Below are positions 1 to 9,469 of a stretch of 32,000 nucleotides of DNA, piece by piece. The notes under the pieces were generated by a model. That model was not told the origin of the DNA, made no database searches, and worked only from the letters and a program-made list of their open reading frames with translations. A program made the position numbers and the translations under genes. Positions within the stretch are counted from its first letter, which is position 1. Every line of letters begins with the position of its first letter. The stretch is from Seinonella peptonophila (GTDB taxonomy: Bacteria; Bacillota; Bacilli; Thermoactinomycetales; Thermoactinomycetaceae). The stretch covers positions 99,155-131,154 of the forward strand of contig NZ_FQVL01000008.1 of the NCBI RefSeq assembly GCF_900129355.1. The letters are read 5' to 3'.

Positions 1-394
1 ATAACGGGATTATTATGAGTATAGGTATACTTAAACTGAGTGATTCGTTATCAATTCCTTCAAAAGTATCCCTCGTCAATAATCTCCCAATATCTGGCTT
101 ATAGTAACGAGTCTGCAAATAGTAGAGACCAATTTCCTTATCATAACGATAACCTGCATAGTGATAAGGATTTTCTACTTCAGTTTACGATATATGGATT
201 CTATTCTCCATCAACTATATTTCGTTCTGAAAATATGTCTATTCTCCTCATCATACAGCCATCACTTAATCCTACTGAGAATGATGTGTTTCATTAAATC
301 AGAGAGTCTCCCTTTTATTAGCGCTAATTTCTTATCCCACAAACATCAACCAGGCACTCTCCGTGATGGAGAGCGCCTGGTTGGTTTCTTCTAT

Positions 395-2341
395 TCAGTT
401 TCCCCGATATCTCCGCTCCCTTTTAAAGTATCTTGCTACTGAAGGTGGGCCGATCCTTGGGTGGCCCGTGACCTGGTTATAAGTTGTATAAGCCCTAGCC
501 TTTTCTATGGTCTCAAAATAATCCAGACCGTCGTCTGTGAGTACATAGGAGCTTGCGCTCTTCAAATCCTGGAGGGCGTTGTGAGACACGATGATAAGGA
601 TCCCGCCATTTTCCTTCATCTTATAATGAAGGTACTCAATCATCGGTCTCGCTTGCGCGGTGTCAATTTGGGAAAACGCCTCGTCCATGAACAGGACGAT
701 ACGCATCCTAGCTCGGTTTGCAAATAGGAGGTAGCAAACTTGCTGGGCTATTTGCACCCGCTTGCGCTCTCCTCCTGAGAGCTCGTTCGGATAGGCATTC
801 TCCTTTCCACAAAGCCCCGTTACATAAAGGGCTTCCTCTATAATCTCACTCTTCTCTTCTTCGGTTATCGTGGCATGCTTGAGCGTATCGGATAGCTTCT
901 CCGACACAGTCGCCCAAACTGTGTCAGAATCTTGCCCGACAAATCGGAATCTCTTTCTCCATTCTAGAAGAGATATCTGGTGAGCTGAAACCTCTCCTTT
1001 AAACAGACATCCGTACATATTCGAGATAGATTGATTTTTCGATATTTTGACGATCGCTCCCGCTTTCCGCGTCATAACAATGAGCTGACCGCAAACCTGC
1101 GATTCATCGGAAAGGGTTACAATATCGCTGTAGTCGTCAACAGGGTAAAGTTCTATCTGTCGCCTCATGATTTTAATCAGTTGTGACTTACCGACTCCCG
1201 ATGGTCCGGAGATGAAGTACGTTTTACCGCACAAGAAGATAGCATTCAGCCCATACTGAAAAAGTACCCTTCCAGTGGAGAATTCGATCCAGAGCCCGGC
1301 AATCCGGAAGCCATGGAAATCCTCTATTTTTTCCTCTCCTCCTGTACGAGTTGGCAGATTGAGGAATTCCGAAAGCTCCCTCATCGCACTGCTCTTTTCC
1401 ATTACTTTCAAACACCCATCGGCAGCCCCATAGATGCTCATGCATGAAGTCACGGCGAAATTGTTAAGGATGAATAGCTGGGCGATGTAAAGGTGATCCA
1501 CGAAGATTGCATAGGTCAGAACCAACAAGATAGTCATACCCGACCCTGCAAACCGCGGAAGACCAGACAGCACCCACTTTTTCCACAGTAGGCGCCTTGC
1601 CATTTGAGACGGCCCTAGAGCCGACTCCTGGATGGCATTAATCTTTTCCAATGTCGTTTCGTTAGCTCTTATGTCCTCCAAATTATCAACCAGTTCTTTC
1701 AGCTCACCAACTGCTTTCCTGGTGAGCTGGCTTACCTCCTTTCCAATCGTCTTTGCTTGCCTGGATGAAAAAGGGAAAAATGCGAGGGTAAAACCTCCTC
1801 CAATCATTACAGAGGCAACCGCGTACTCCCATCCGCATGCAACCGCTAGGGCCACATTGAAGATGACGAAAAACAACATCTCGCTGATTACTTTAGGCAT
1901 TTCCTGACCAAAGGTCGTTGAAATCTCCTCGACGACCCGTTCAGGTGAACTTCTTCTTTTCTTGAAACCCTTCAAGTCCTCAATCTCCACATCAGGGAGG
2001 TGATTCAGAACCTTTCTCATGGTGTACGCAAAAACCTCTTTTTCCACCATTTCCTGAAACAACAAGGACAATCGGGTGGTCATCGGCGAGATGGCAAAGA
2101 TCGCCGTCATTGCAACGACAATCATCCAGCCAAATGCTGTGTTCTCTTGATTACCTTCCAGTTGGCGAAGCACAACCATCTGGAGGACAGCAAAGACAAC
2201 AGCCATGACCGTCGCCGCCAAAAAGAGTGCGTACGACAGGCGCGACGAACGCCAGAGGATTGAGATCATCACCCTGAGTCCATGACGGACATCAGGGTCG
2301 ACCTCGGTGAGTCTGCACCGAGTTTTCAACCAATAAAACAC
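395..2341 (-). CDS. ABC exporter with fused transmembrane and ATP-binding domains
   Basis: 648 aa; hydrophobic N-terminal half; Walker A 'GPSGVGKSQL', signature 'LSGGERKRVQIAQQ', Walker B 'MRIVLFMDEAFSQID', and H-loop region 'IIVSHNA'. GTG start preceded by AGGAGG-like SD. Confidence 0.88.
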   Translation of the reverse strand: MFYWLKTRCRLTEVDPDVRHGLRVMISILWRSSRLSYALFLAATVMAVVFAVLQMVVLRQLEGNQENTAFGWMIVVAMTAIFAISPMTTRLSLLFQEMVEKEVFAYTMRKVLNHLPDVEIEDLKGFKKRRSSPERVVEEISTTFGQEMPKVISEMLFFVIFNVALAVACGWEYAVASVMIGGGFTLAFFPFSSRQAKTIGKEVSQLTRKAVGELKELVDNLEDIRANETTLEKINAIQESALGPSQMARRLLWKKWVLSGLPRFAGSGMTILLVLTYAIFVDHLYIAQLFILNNFAVTSCMSIYGAADGCLKVMEKSSAMRELSEFLNLPTRTGGEEKIEDFHGFRIAGLWIEFSTGRVLFQYGLNAIFLCGKTYFISGPSGVGKSQLIKIMRRQIELYPVDDYSDIVTLSDESQVCGQLIVMTRKAGAIVKISKNQSISNMYGCLFKGEVSAHQISLLEWRKRFRFVGQDSDTVWATVSEKLSDTLKHATITEEEKSEIIEEALYVTGLCGKENAYPNELSGGERKRVQIAQQVCYLLFANRARMRIVLFMDEAFSQIDTAQARPMIEYLHYKMKENGGILIIVSHNALQDLKSASSYVLTDDGLDYFETIEKARAYTTYNQVTGHPRIGPPSVARYFKRERRYRGN

Positions 2342-2526
2342 GAAACTTCCTTTCCTCCTAACCCCTTAGGAGCTCTTATACATAAGTGGCACACATTGTG
2401 TTAGGTGGTATTAGGCACATTGTTCGATCTGTGCCTGATTATCTTCTAGATTTATCTACTTATCAGCATTGTAACATTATTCAAGCAGCTCCAAGGAGGA
2501 AGTACGAGGTTACAAAATAATCGTAT

Positions 2527-2637
2527 TCATATAAAAATTATAAAAATAACACCCTTGGGAGCTGCAAACGAATTTTTTTGTGTGCAGGTGGGCTTTTTAC
2601 ACATCTCCATATGCAAAATCCCTCCGTAAGATTTCAT
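2527..2637 (-). CDS. Candidate 36-aa small ORF upstream of the ABC exporter (hypothetical)
   Basis: Below the ORF-track cutoff. Reads MKSYGGILHMEMCKKPTCTQKNSFAAPKGVIFIIFI*; ATG preceded by TAGGAGATACT (SD and spacing good). Same strand as the exporter. Confidence 0.35.
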   Translation of the reverse strand: MKSYGGILHMEMCKKPTCTQKNSFAAPKGVIFIIFI

Positions 2638-2702
2638 AGTATCTCCTAGGGAGGGATCATATCCATTTTCAAAGCTTCTATCATAACACCCGTGACTCTT
2701 AA

Positions 2703-3050
2703 TCAAGAGACGATTTGATCATGTACAGACATAATTTTTTGCTTAACAAATTTAATTTGCTCTACATCTATCTCATACAATTCCAATGTTGCAAACAGAT
2801 GGTTTGCAACTGTTTGGTATTGCTCAGTAGTCACATCTAAATGATTGTGTGAATTTTTTATTCCTTCTTTACCTTTTTTATAAGGAGCACCCATTGAATA
2901 ATACACAATTCGTCTAAACTGACCAACGTCATCTCCCTTAAACAGATAATTTACACTTTCATCTGATTTAATTCGTTGATAATATTCTTCTACTATCTTA
3001 TTCATAAGTTCTGTGCCTACTAATTGTTCATATAAAGATGATTTTTCCAT
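2703..3050 (-). CDS. Group I truncated hemoglobin-like protein
   Basis: 115 aa; 'SLYEQLVGTELMNKIVEEYYQRIKSDESVNYLFKGDDVGQFRRIVYYSMGAPYKKGKEGIKNSHNHLDVTTEQYQTVANHLFATLE' follows the trHb pattern (F-x(n)-H-x-HL...HL). SD-like AGGAGG upstream. Confidence 0.8.
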   Translation of the reverse strand: MEKSSLYEQLVGTELMNKIVEEYYQRIKSDESVNYLFKGDDVGQFRRIVYYSMGAPYKKGKEGIKNSHNHLDVTTEQYQTVANHLFATLELYEIDVEQIKFVKQKIMSVHDQIVS

Positions 3051-3731
3051 TTAATCATCCTCCTATTTGCTAAAACGTTGTTGAATTGGGGACATTTTTC
3101 CTATGTTAGCAACCTTTGCTCTACCTGTGATAACAGATTCATTGTTTAAGTGCTAAAAGCTAATAATTATATTAATAATAAAATATATAATTCCAATTTA
3201 CAATAAAATATCTACATTATAAAAAATGAATTTATATATTTTATACAACCCAAAGATATGTCCTAGGTGCATTTCATAAGTCTACAAATAGAAATATGCA
3301 ACCTTTTCTATATTATACGAATGATTTATATTATGAAGAGGGTTAATATAGATATATACCTCAAACTAAAAAAACTCTATTTACTAAATGGAGAATAATG
3401 AGACATTTGGATAGAAGAAGGACAAATAGCAGAGCCAATCGTTCATTACGGGGAAAAATGCTCCTTACCCCGCATTTTACTAGGCGCTACAGCATCTGTG
3501 TAGTGAAGAATAGACAGTAGCATTGTTTGCACACGCCGTGCACAAGTTCGCTAAGCAGCTAACGCTGCAAGTCTAACTATGATGCGCTTAGCGGAGTTGA
3601 TACCGCCCTGAGCCAATAGATGCAGTGTATTGAAGACATCTGTGAAGCGTGAAATATTGACGGAACCATTATCTTTGTCTACAAGCTGGAATATAGAGAT
3701 ATTTATTAAACATTCAAAGGAGCTTTGTTGA

Positions 3732-4043
3732 TTGAACGAAAAAGAATTACAAATAAAGCTAAACAATAGTTATAGAAATGGTTTGATTGAATATGGAATT
3801 ACTTTTTCATATCTTACTGCTGTGATAACAGCTAACTATATGAAAAATGATTACTTCTACCTTTTTGCCAGTCTCACTTTGTTATGTGTTTTAAGCATCC
3901 TGAAACGTCTTTGGGGAGAATTACCTGACCTTGAAGGAACAAAATTTGATCACTATATTGCGAAACCATTCTTTCTCATTTGTATGATCGCAATATTATA
4001 TAGAGATGATATCCTTGCATTCTTTAGTCGTTTTGGTCATTAA
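3732..4043 (+). CDS. Small putative membrane protein, hypothetical
   Basis: 103 aa with hydrophobic segments (YLTAVITANYM, YLFASLTLLCVLSIL, FFLICMIAILY). Confidence 0.4.
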   Translation: MNEKELQIKLNNSYRNGLIEYGITFSYLTAVITANYMKNDYFYLFASLTLLCVLSILKRLWGELPDLEGTKFDHYIAKPFFLICMIAILYRDDILAFFSRFGH

Positions 4044-4462
4044 TGTTACACCACAGTTAAGCGAGTTATATGAATGTTTTCAATGAACATTAAAGAATAA
4101 CCCTAAATAAATAGTAGAGAACCCCCCGCATTAGTTCAACTGTGCCTAGGTTATAAAACTGTGATCTTGTGATATACATACACAATGAATAGATGCATTC
4201 TTCGAATTGAAGAGAACCCTAATGACACACATCATGGCAATCCCGGGTTGGAGCGTCGCCGACAGAGCCGATTACATAACTTTGTTCACAAGCTGAAGAA
4301 TGAATAGATTCATTCTTGTTGTAATACGACTGATCACTTAGAGGACAAACATGTCTTCACTAACAAGACCATGGCTTAGCACAAATTACTTGATTCTCTC
4401 TACTTCAATTGCCCCACTTTCTGATACAATCAAAGCAATTGAGCTTAGGAAGTGAATGAGAT

Positions 4463-5638
4463 ATGGTACATTTTCAACAAGCAGATCGAATGAAGCAGTT
4501 ACCAGCGCAATTTTTTGCTAGGCTTGTGCAACGGGTTAATCATTATCTAGAGCAGGGGATTGATGTGATTAATCTGGGACAAGGAAATCCTGATTTACCT
4601 ACGCCAGATCATATTGTAGCTTCTTTGCAAGAGGCAGCGGGCGATCCACAATATCATAAGTACCCGCCTTTTCGAGGGTTTTCATTTTTAAAAGAAGCAA
4701 TCGCAACTTATTACCAAAGAGAATATCAAGTAACACTTGATCCTGAAACAGAAGTAGCAGTTCTATTTGGGGGTAAGACGGGGCTAGTGGAAATTTCCCA
4801 GGCAATATTAAACCCTGGCGATCTGGCATTGGTACCCGATCCTGGCTATCCTGATTACTGGTCTGGTATTGCCATCGCCGATGGAAAGATGGAGATGATG
4901 CCGCTACTCGAAGAAAATCAATTTCTCCCTGATTACCAACAGATCGATCAAGCAAGTCTAGATCAAGCAAAGCTGATTTTTTTAAACTATCCAAACAATC
5001 CAACAGGCAGCATTGCAACACCTACATTTTTTAGCGATACGGTACAATTGGCGCAGAAACACGATCTGCTCGTCGTACATGATTTTGCTTATGGAGCGAT
5101 CGGCTTTGATCAGCAAAAGCCAATCTCTTTTCTACAGACAGCAGGTGCAAAAGAGGTTGGAATCGAAATCTTTACGATGAGTAAAACCTATAACATGGCG
5201 GGCTGGCGCATTGGCTTTGCACTTGGCAATCGCTCTGTAATTGAGTCGATCAATCTGCTGCAAGACCATTTTTATGTCAGTCTATTCGGCGCGATCCAAC
5301 ATGCTGCTGCCACGGCTTTACTTGGATCGCAAGCTTGTGTGGAACAATTGGTCACTACTTATGAACAGCGCAGAAACACCTTTATGAATGGCTTACGTTC
5401 GATTGGCTGGAATGCCAAGGCTCCGAAAGGTTCTTTTTTCTGTTGGCTACCTGTACCTGAAGGCTATCGATCAGAAGCGTTTGCTGAAGCACTGCTGGAG
5501 CAAGCGCATGTTGCGGTGGCTCCAGGTATTGGCTTTGGTAAGACCGGTGACTCCTATGTGCGTGTAGGGCTGTTAACAGATGAGCATCGATTAATGGAAG
5601 CAGTTGAACGAATCAAATCTGGTACATTTTTCAATTGA
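4463..5638 (+). CDS. mtnE: Pyridoxal-phosphate aminotransferase, probable methionine salvage aminotransferase
   Basis: Class I/II aminotransferase pattern (INLGQGNPDLPTPDHIV; YPNNPTGSIAT; TMSKTYNMAGWRIGF) directly upstream of mtnWXBD. Confidence 0.85.
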   Translation: MVHFQQADRMKQLPAQFFARLVQRVNHYLEQGIDVINLGQGNPDLPTPDHIVASLQEAAGDPQYHKYPPFRGFSFLKEAIATYYQREYQVTLDPETEVAVLFGGKTGLVEISQAILNPGDLALVPDPGYPDYWSGIAIADGKMEMMPLLEENQFLPDYQQIDQASLDQAKLIFLNYPNNPTGSIATPTFFSDTVQLAQKHDLLVVHDFAYGAIGFDQQKPISFLQTAGAKEVGIEIFTMSKTYNMAGWRIGFALGNRSVIESINLLQDHFYVSLFGAIQHAAATALLGSQACVEQLVTTYEQRRNTFMNGLRSIGWNAKAPKGSFFCWLPVPEGYRSEAFAEALLEQAHVAVAPGIGFGKTGDSYVRVGLLTDEHRLMEAVERIKSGTFFN

Positions 5639-5691
5639 CAAACCGATTCACTTCAGCCATAATTCCTACTAAATCAATATAAATTGTATTT

Positions 5692-5849
5692 CTCTTATCA
5701 AGAGTAGGTGGAGGGACAAGCCCAATGAAACCCGGCAACCGGTTTAGCTGTATGGTAGAAAACACGGTGCTAATTCTTGCAGTCATGACAGGCTGAAAGA
5801 TGAGAGGAAGCGGATCGTGATAAACCTCTTCCTCTGGTGGAGGTTTTTT
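5692..5849 (+). promoter_or_regulatory. SAM-I (S-box) riboswitch with intrinsic terminator controlling mtnWXBD
   Basis: Conserved core 'GGTGGAGGGAC.AGCCCAATGAAACCCGGCAACC'. P1 strands CTCTTATC (5692-5699) and GATGAGAG (5799-5806). Terminator AAACCTC (5822-5828)/GAGGTTT (5840-5846) with T run. Alternative antiterminator AGAGGAAG (5803-5810)/CTTCCTCT (5829-5836). Confidence 0.95.
5822..5849 (+). terminator. Riboswitch-linked intrinsic terminator
   Basis: AAACCTC...GAGGTTTTTT hairpin. Confidence 0.85.
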
Positions 5850-5872
5850 GATGTTAAAAGGAGTGCGAACTG

Positions 5873-7108
5873 GTGAGTAAAGTTATAGCGACCTATTTGG
5901 TCTATGATCAAAAGAAAAATCTTGCGAAAAAAGCAGAAAGTATAGCACTAGGTTTAACTGTCGGTTCTTGGACAGACTTACCTGCGATTGATCAACAACA
6001 ATTACGCTTATATAAGGGTGAAGTCGTCTCCATCGAAGAGTTACCCATTGATCAGCAAGCTGACACATACTTTGATCGGGAACTAATCAAAGGTTTGATC
6101 AAAATCGCTTATCCTACACGTAATTTCTCTGCTGACTTACCTGCGATCCTTACCACTGTATTTGGTAAGTTATCGCTTGATGGTGAAGTAAAGCTAATCG
6201 ATCTAGACTTCCCTGTAGAACTGGCAAAGCAATTCCCTGGACCGAAACTTGGGGTTAACGGTGTACGTGAAAGACTACAGGTATTTGACCGCCCGTTATT
6301 AATGAGTATTTTCAAAAGTATCATCGGACGAGACCTTGTATTCTTTGAAACACAACTTCGTGCCCAAGCCTTGGGCGGTGTTGATCTTGTGAAAGATGAT
6401 GAAATTTTGTTCGATAATACACTTACTCCTTTTGAGGAACGCATTCGCGTAGCACGTGCAGTATTGAATGAAACAGAACAACAAACAGGCGAACGCACCT
6501 TATATGCTGTGAATCTGACTGGACATACTTTTGAACTATTAGACAAGGCAAAAAAAGCGGTCGAACTTGGTGCAGATGCTCTCTTATTCAACGTTTTTAC
6601 TTATGGACTTGATGTTTTACAAGCGCTAAGTGAAGATCCAGAAATCAATATACCCATCTTGGCCCATCCAGCCTTTGGTGGTGCAGTAACATCATCCACT
6701 TTTTACGGCGTTTCTCATTCCCTTTGGTTTGGTCGTTTCCTTCGTGCTGTTGGTGCTGATCTTGTTCTCTTTCCTTCTCCTTATGGAAGTGTCGCGCTTG
6801 CCAAAGAGGCAGCTTTAGGAATTGCAAAGGAGCTAACGCAAGACTCCGCTAGTTGGAAGACTGCTTTCCCTGTACCATCGGCAGGCATTCATCCCGCGCT
6901 CGTCCCTCAACTGCTAGCAGACTTTCAACTTGATTCTGTAATCAATGCAGGCGGCGGTATTCATGGACATGAGCAAGGAGCAGCAGCAGGCGGACGTGCC
7001 TTTCGACAGGCAATCACTGCTGCGCAAGCAAACATTCCATTATCCCAAGCGGCAAAAGAACATCCTGAACTCGCTACAGCGCTCAGACAATGGGGTGGGC
7101 AAAAATGA
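5873..7108 (+). CDS. mtnW: 2,3-diketo-5-methylthiopentyl-1-phosphate enolase (RuBisCO-like protein)
   Basis: 411 aa, GTG start; RuBisCO-like large chain pattern ([50 protein letters not shown]); SAM riboswitch upstream and mtnXBD downstream. Confidence 0.93.
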   Translation: MSKVIATYLVYDQKKNLAKKAESIALGLTVGSWTDLPAIDQQQLRLYKGEVVSIEELPIDQQADTYFDRELIKGLIKIAYPTRNFSADLPAILTTVFGKLSLDGEVKLIDLDFPVELAKQFPGPKLGVNGVRERLQVFDRPLLMSIFKSIIGRDLVFFETQLRAQALGGVDLVKDDEILFDNTLTPFEERIRVARAVLNETEQQTGERTLYAVNLTGHTFELLDKAKKAVELGADALLFNVFTYGLDVLQALSEDPEINIPILAHPAFGGAVTSSTFYGVSHSLWFGRFLRAVGADLVLFPSPYGSVALAKEAALGIAKELTQDSASWKTAFPVPSAGIHPALVPQLLADFQLDSVINAGGGIHGHEQGAAAGGRAFRQAITAAQANIPLSQAAKEHPELATALRQWGGQK

Positions 7109-7767
7109 GCAAACAACTCCTGATCTTTTGCGATTTTGATGGTACAGTCACCGATACAGACAACATCATTGAGGTGATGAAACACTTTGCGCCACCAGAA
7201 TGGGAACCGATCAAAGATGCCATCCTGTCTGAACAAATCTCGATTAAAAATGGTGTTGGGCAGATGTTTCAGTTGCTCTCAAGCAATTTAAAAGAAGAGA
7301 TTGTCCAATTTGTCCAAGAAAATGCCCACATCCGTCCAGGTTTTGCAGAATTGGTTCAATATGTCAATGAGGAACAAATCCCTTTCTACATCGTGAGTGG
7401 TGGAGTCGACTTTTTTGTTTATCCGGTACTGAAAAATTTCATTTCAACAGCTTCCATTTTCTGCAATGAAGGTGACTTCTCTGGTGAACGGATTCAAATT
7501 AATTGGCCTTATCCTTGTGATGATCAATGTCAGAATGATTGTGGCTGTTGTAAACCATCACTTTTCCGCCGTTTTCCCAGTGATCAATACGAAAAAATCA
7601 TGATTGGCGACTCGATTACTGATTTTGAAGCAAGCAAACAAGCTGATCATGTCTATGCACGCGATTTTCTACAGCAAAAATGTGAAGAACTACAAATTCC
7701 TTATACACCATTTACTACTTTTTATGATATTCTTGCTGACTTGCAAGAAAGGAAGATCACAACATGA
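7105..7767 (+). CDS. mtnX: 2-hydroxy-3-keto-5-methylthiopentenyl-1-phosphate phosphatase (HAD family)
   Basis: HAD motif '[12 protein letters not shown]', '[11 protein letters not shown]'. ATG at 7105 overlaps the mtnW stop (ATGA). Confidence 0.93.
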   Translation: MSKQLLIFCDFDGTVTDTDNIIEVMKHFAPPEWEPIKDAILSEQISIKNGVGQMFQLLSSNLKEEIVQFVQENAHIRPGFAELVQYVNEEQIPFYIVSGGVDFFVYPVLKNFISTASIFCNEGDFSGERIQINWPYPCDDQCQNDCGCCKPSLFRRFPSDQYEKIMIGDSITDFEASKQADHVYARDFLQQKCEELQIPYTPFTTFYDILADLQERKITT

Positions 7768-8375
7768 TTCTCATTGAAAATTATTGGGATCAACTTGCTG
7801 ATGTAAAAGATGAACTGGCCTCTAGAGGCTGGTTTCCTGGTACTAGTGGAAATCTCTCTATTAAAGTAGATGAAAATCCACGCCGTTTCCTCGTTACAGC
7901 AAGTGGAATCGACAAAACCAAACGTACAGAGGAAGATTTTATATTGGTCGATCAACAGGGGCAGCCTGTTTATCAAACGGAGCTGCGCGTATCTGCTGAA
8001 ACAAGTCTACACTGCCAGGTCTATGAACAAACGGATGCAGGTTGCTGTCTTCATATTCACACCGTTGATAATAATGTCATCTCTGAACTGTATGCAGAGC
8101 AAGGATATATCACTTTTCGCAATCAGGAACTGATTAAAGCATTTGGAATCTGGGATCAAGATGGTGAAATTACTCTACCAATCATAGAAAATCATGCTAA
8201 TATGGAATTATTAACTCAAGCTTTTGCCCAAGCGATCAGCGCTGAGAGCTATGGCGTCTTAATCCGCAATCATGGGATTACCGTTTGGGGTAAAGATGCA
8301 TTTACGGCTAAAAAACATCTTGAAGCATTTGAATTCTTATGCTCATATGAACTAAAACTTAGACAATTTGCATAA
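7764..8375 (+). CDS. mtnB: Methylthioribulose-1-phosphate dehydratase (class II aldolase fold)
   Basis: 'GWFPGTSGNLSIK', 'CCLHIHTVDNNVISELY', 'RNHGITVWG'; ATGA overlap with mtnX. Confidence 0.93.
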   Translation: MILIENYWDQLADVKDELASRGWFPGTSGNLSIKVDENPRRFLVTASGIDKTKRTEEDFILVDQQGQPVYQTELRVSAETSLHCQVYEQTDAGCCLHIHTVDNNVISELYAEQGYITFRNQELIKAFGIWDQDGEITLPIIENHANMELLTQAFAQAISAESYGVLIRNHGITVWGKDAFTAKKHLEAFEFLCSYELKLRQFA

Positions 8376-8395
8376 AAAATAAAGGAGGAATTAAG

Positions 8396-8920
8396 GTGGC
8401 ACAATTACGTTTTCATGATACAGAGGAAAGAGTGGAAAATCAGGCGGAAGTGAGCGCATACTTAGAAAGCCAAGGGGTTATTTATGAAAAATGGGATATT
8501 ACAAAACTACCTGCCCACTTACGGGATAACTATCAATTAAATGAACAAGAACAAGCGGAAGTAATCCAAACCTTCAGAAGTGAAATTGATGATTTATCTG
8601 CACGTCGTGGCTATGTAACAGAAGATGTGATTTCCCTCTCGCCACAAACACCTAATCTAGATCAGCTACTCACCAACTTCCTAGCAGAACATCACCATTC
8701 TGATGATGAAGTCCGTTTTATCGTGAGTGGACATGGCATCTTTGCCATCCAAGGACCAAATGGTCGCTTTGCAGATGTAGAATTAGAAGCGGGTGATTTA
8801 ATTTCTGTACCTGAGGGTTACCGTCATTACTTTACGCTGATGGATGATCGCCAGGTCGTTGCGATTCGTATATTTAAAGGTAAAGAGGGCTGGGTACCCA
8901 TCTACGATAAAGAATCATAA
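8396..8920 (+). CDS. mtnD: Acireductone dioxygenase (ARD, cupin)
   Basis: 'EHHHSDDEVRFIVSGHGIFAIQGPNGRFADVELEAGDLISVPEGYRHYFTL' metal-binding cupin motif. Confidence 0.95.
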   Translation: MAQLRFHDTEERVENQAEVSAYLESQGVIYEKWDITKLPAHLRDNYQLNEQEQAEVIQTFRSEIDDLSARRGYVTEDVISLSPQTPNLDQLLTNFLAEHHHSDDEVRFIVSGHGIFAIQGPNGRFADVELEAGDLISVPEGYRHYFTLMDDRQVVAIRIFKGKEGWVPIYDKES

Positions 8921-8969
8921 GCGCCTGCCTCGGTAGAGAAATGTAAAAGACTTTGCAGAAAATTGTTTT

Positions 8970-9113
8970 TGCTATACTAAATCAGATAAGGGACGCACTG
9001 CGTCCCTGTCAACGCCTTTAGAATAGAGACGTGAAGACTACAATGGATGTTTCGCCAAAACAGTTGCCATGTAGTCGGTGGTAAAAGCGGTTGCTAATGA
9101 AGCAGCCGTTTTT
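8970..9113 (+). ncRNA. Candidate orphan structured small RNA with extended -10 promoter and terminator
   Basis: Extended -10 TGCTATACT (8970-8978). Hairpin GGGACGC/GCGTCCC (8990-9006). Long stem GACTACAATGG/CCATGTAGTC (9036-9076) containing TGTTT/AAACA. Final hairpin GCGGTTGCT/AGCAGCCGT followed by TTTTT (9087-9113). Confidence 0.4.
9087..9113 (+). terminator. Intrinsic terminator
   Basis: GCGGTTGCT-AATGA-AGCAGCCGTTTTT (includes G.U pairs). Confidence 0.7.
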
Positions 9114-9232
9114 AATTATTCCATCCATACTCTCAGAAGAGTAGAGTCGGTACACCGAATTTAATCAATCATAAATCGGCATTGATCCGTAAGCGACTCC
9201 TTCTACTGGGCGAAAGCTATCTTAAAAGCCCT

Positions 9233-9469
9233 CTACCGCAGTGAGATGATTTCCTTACCAAACTCATACATTATAAAAGCAAGGTTGAAGACGTTCGCAT
9301 CACTCTCTGACACGAGCTGAGCTTTGTCATCCCTATGCCAAGTGAGTAAACGTACTATCTCCAACCCATTTGAAAATAGTCTATAATAGGACATTCTATC
9401 CTGTTCATTTGGTATGTTACTAGACTCAAAATTGACCCAATATATCATATTGAAATAATAGTCAATCAT
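9233..9469 (-). CDS. Hypothetical protein, 78 aa
   Basis: ORF only; no recognised family. Confidence 0.3.
   Translation of the reverse strand: MIDYYFNMIYWVNFESSNIPNEQDRMSYYRLFSNGLEIVRLLTWHRDDKAQLVSESDANVFNLAFIMYEFGKEIISLR

Noticed and set aside
40-442. Two overlapping 85 to 93-aa ORFs at the left edge
   Set aside because: Low-complexity, AT-rich, no SD or recognisable domain, and overlapping in different frames.
3551-3766. 71-aa minus-strand ORF (possible mobile-element remnant)
   Set aside because: The ORF has no recognisable transposase motif, no flanking terminal repeats and an unclear start, so it is not called as a gene or IS fragment.
4044-4462. Searched the mtnE leader for a second SAM riboswitch or T-box
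   Set aside because: No GAGGGA...GCAACC core or T-box GGTGG motif seen; only the duplicated near-palindrome is reported.
7870-8133. Alternative-frame plus ORF inside mtnB
   Set aside because: It overlaps the conserved mtnB reading frame entirely; out-of-frame artefact.
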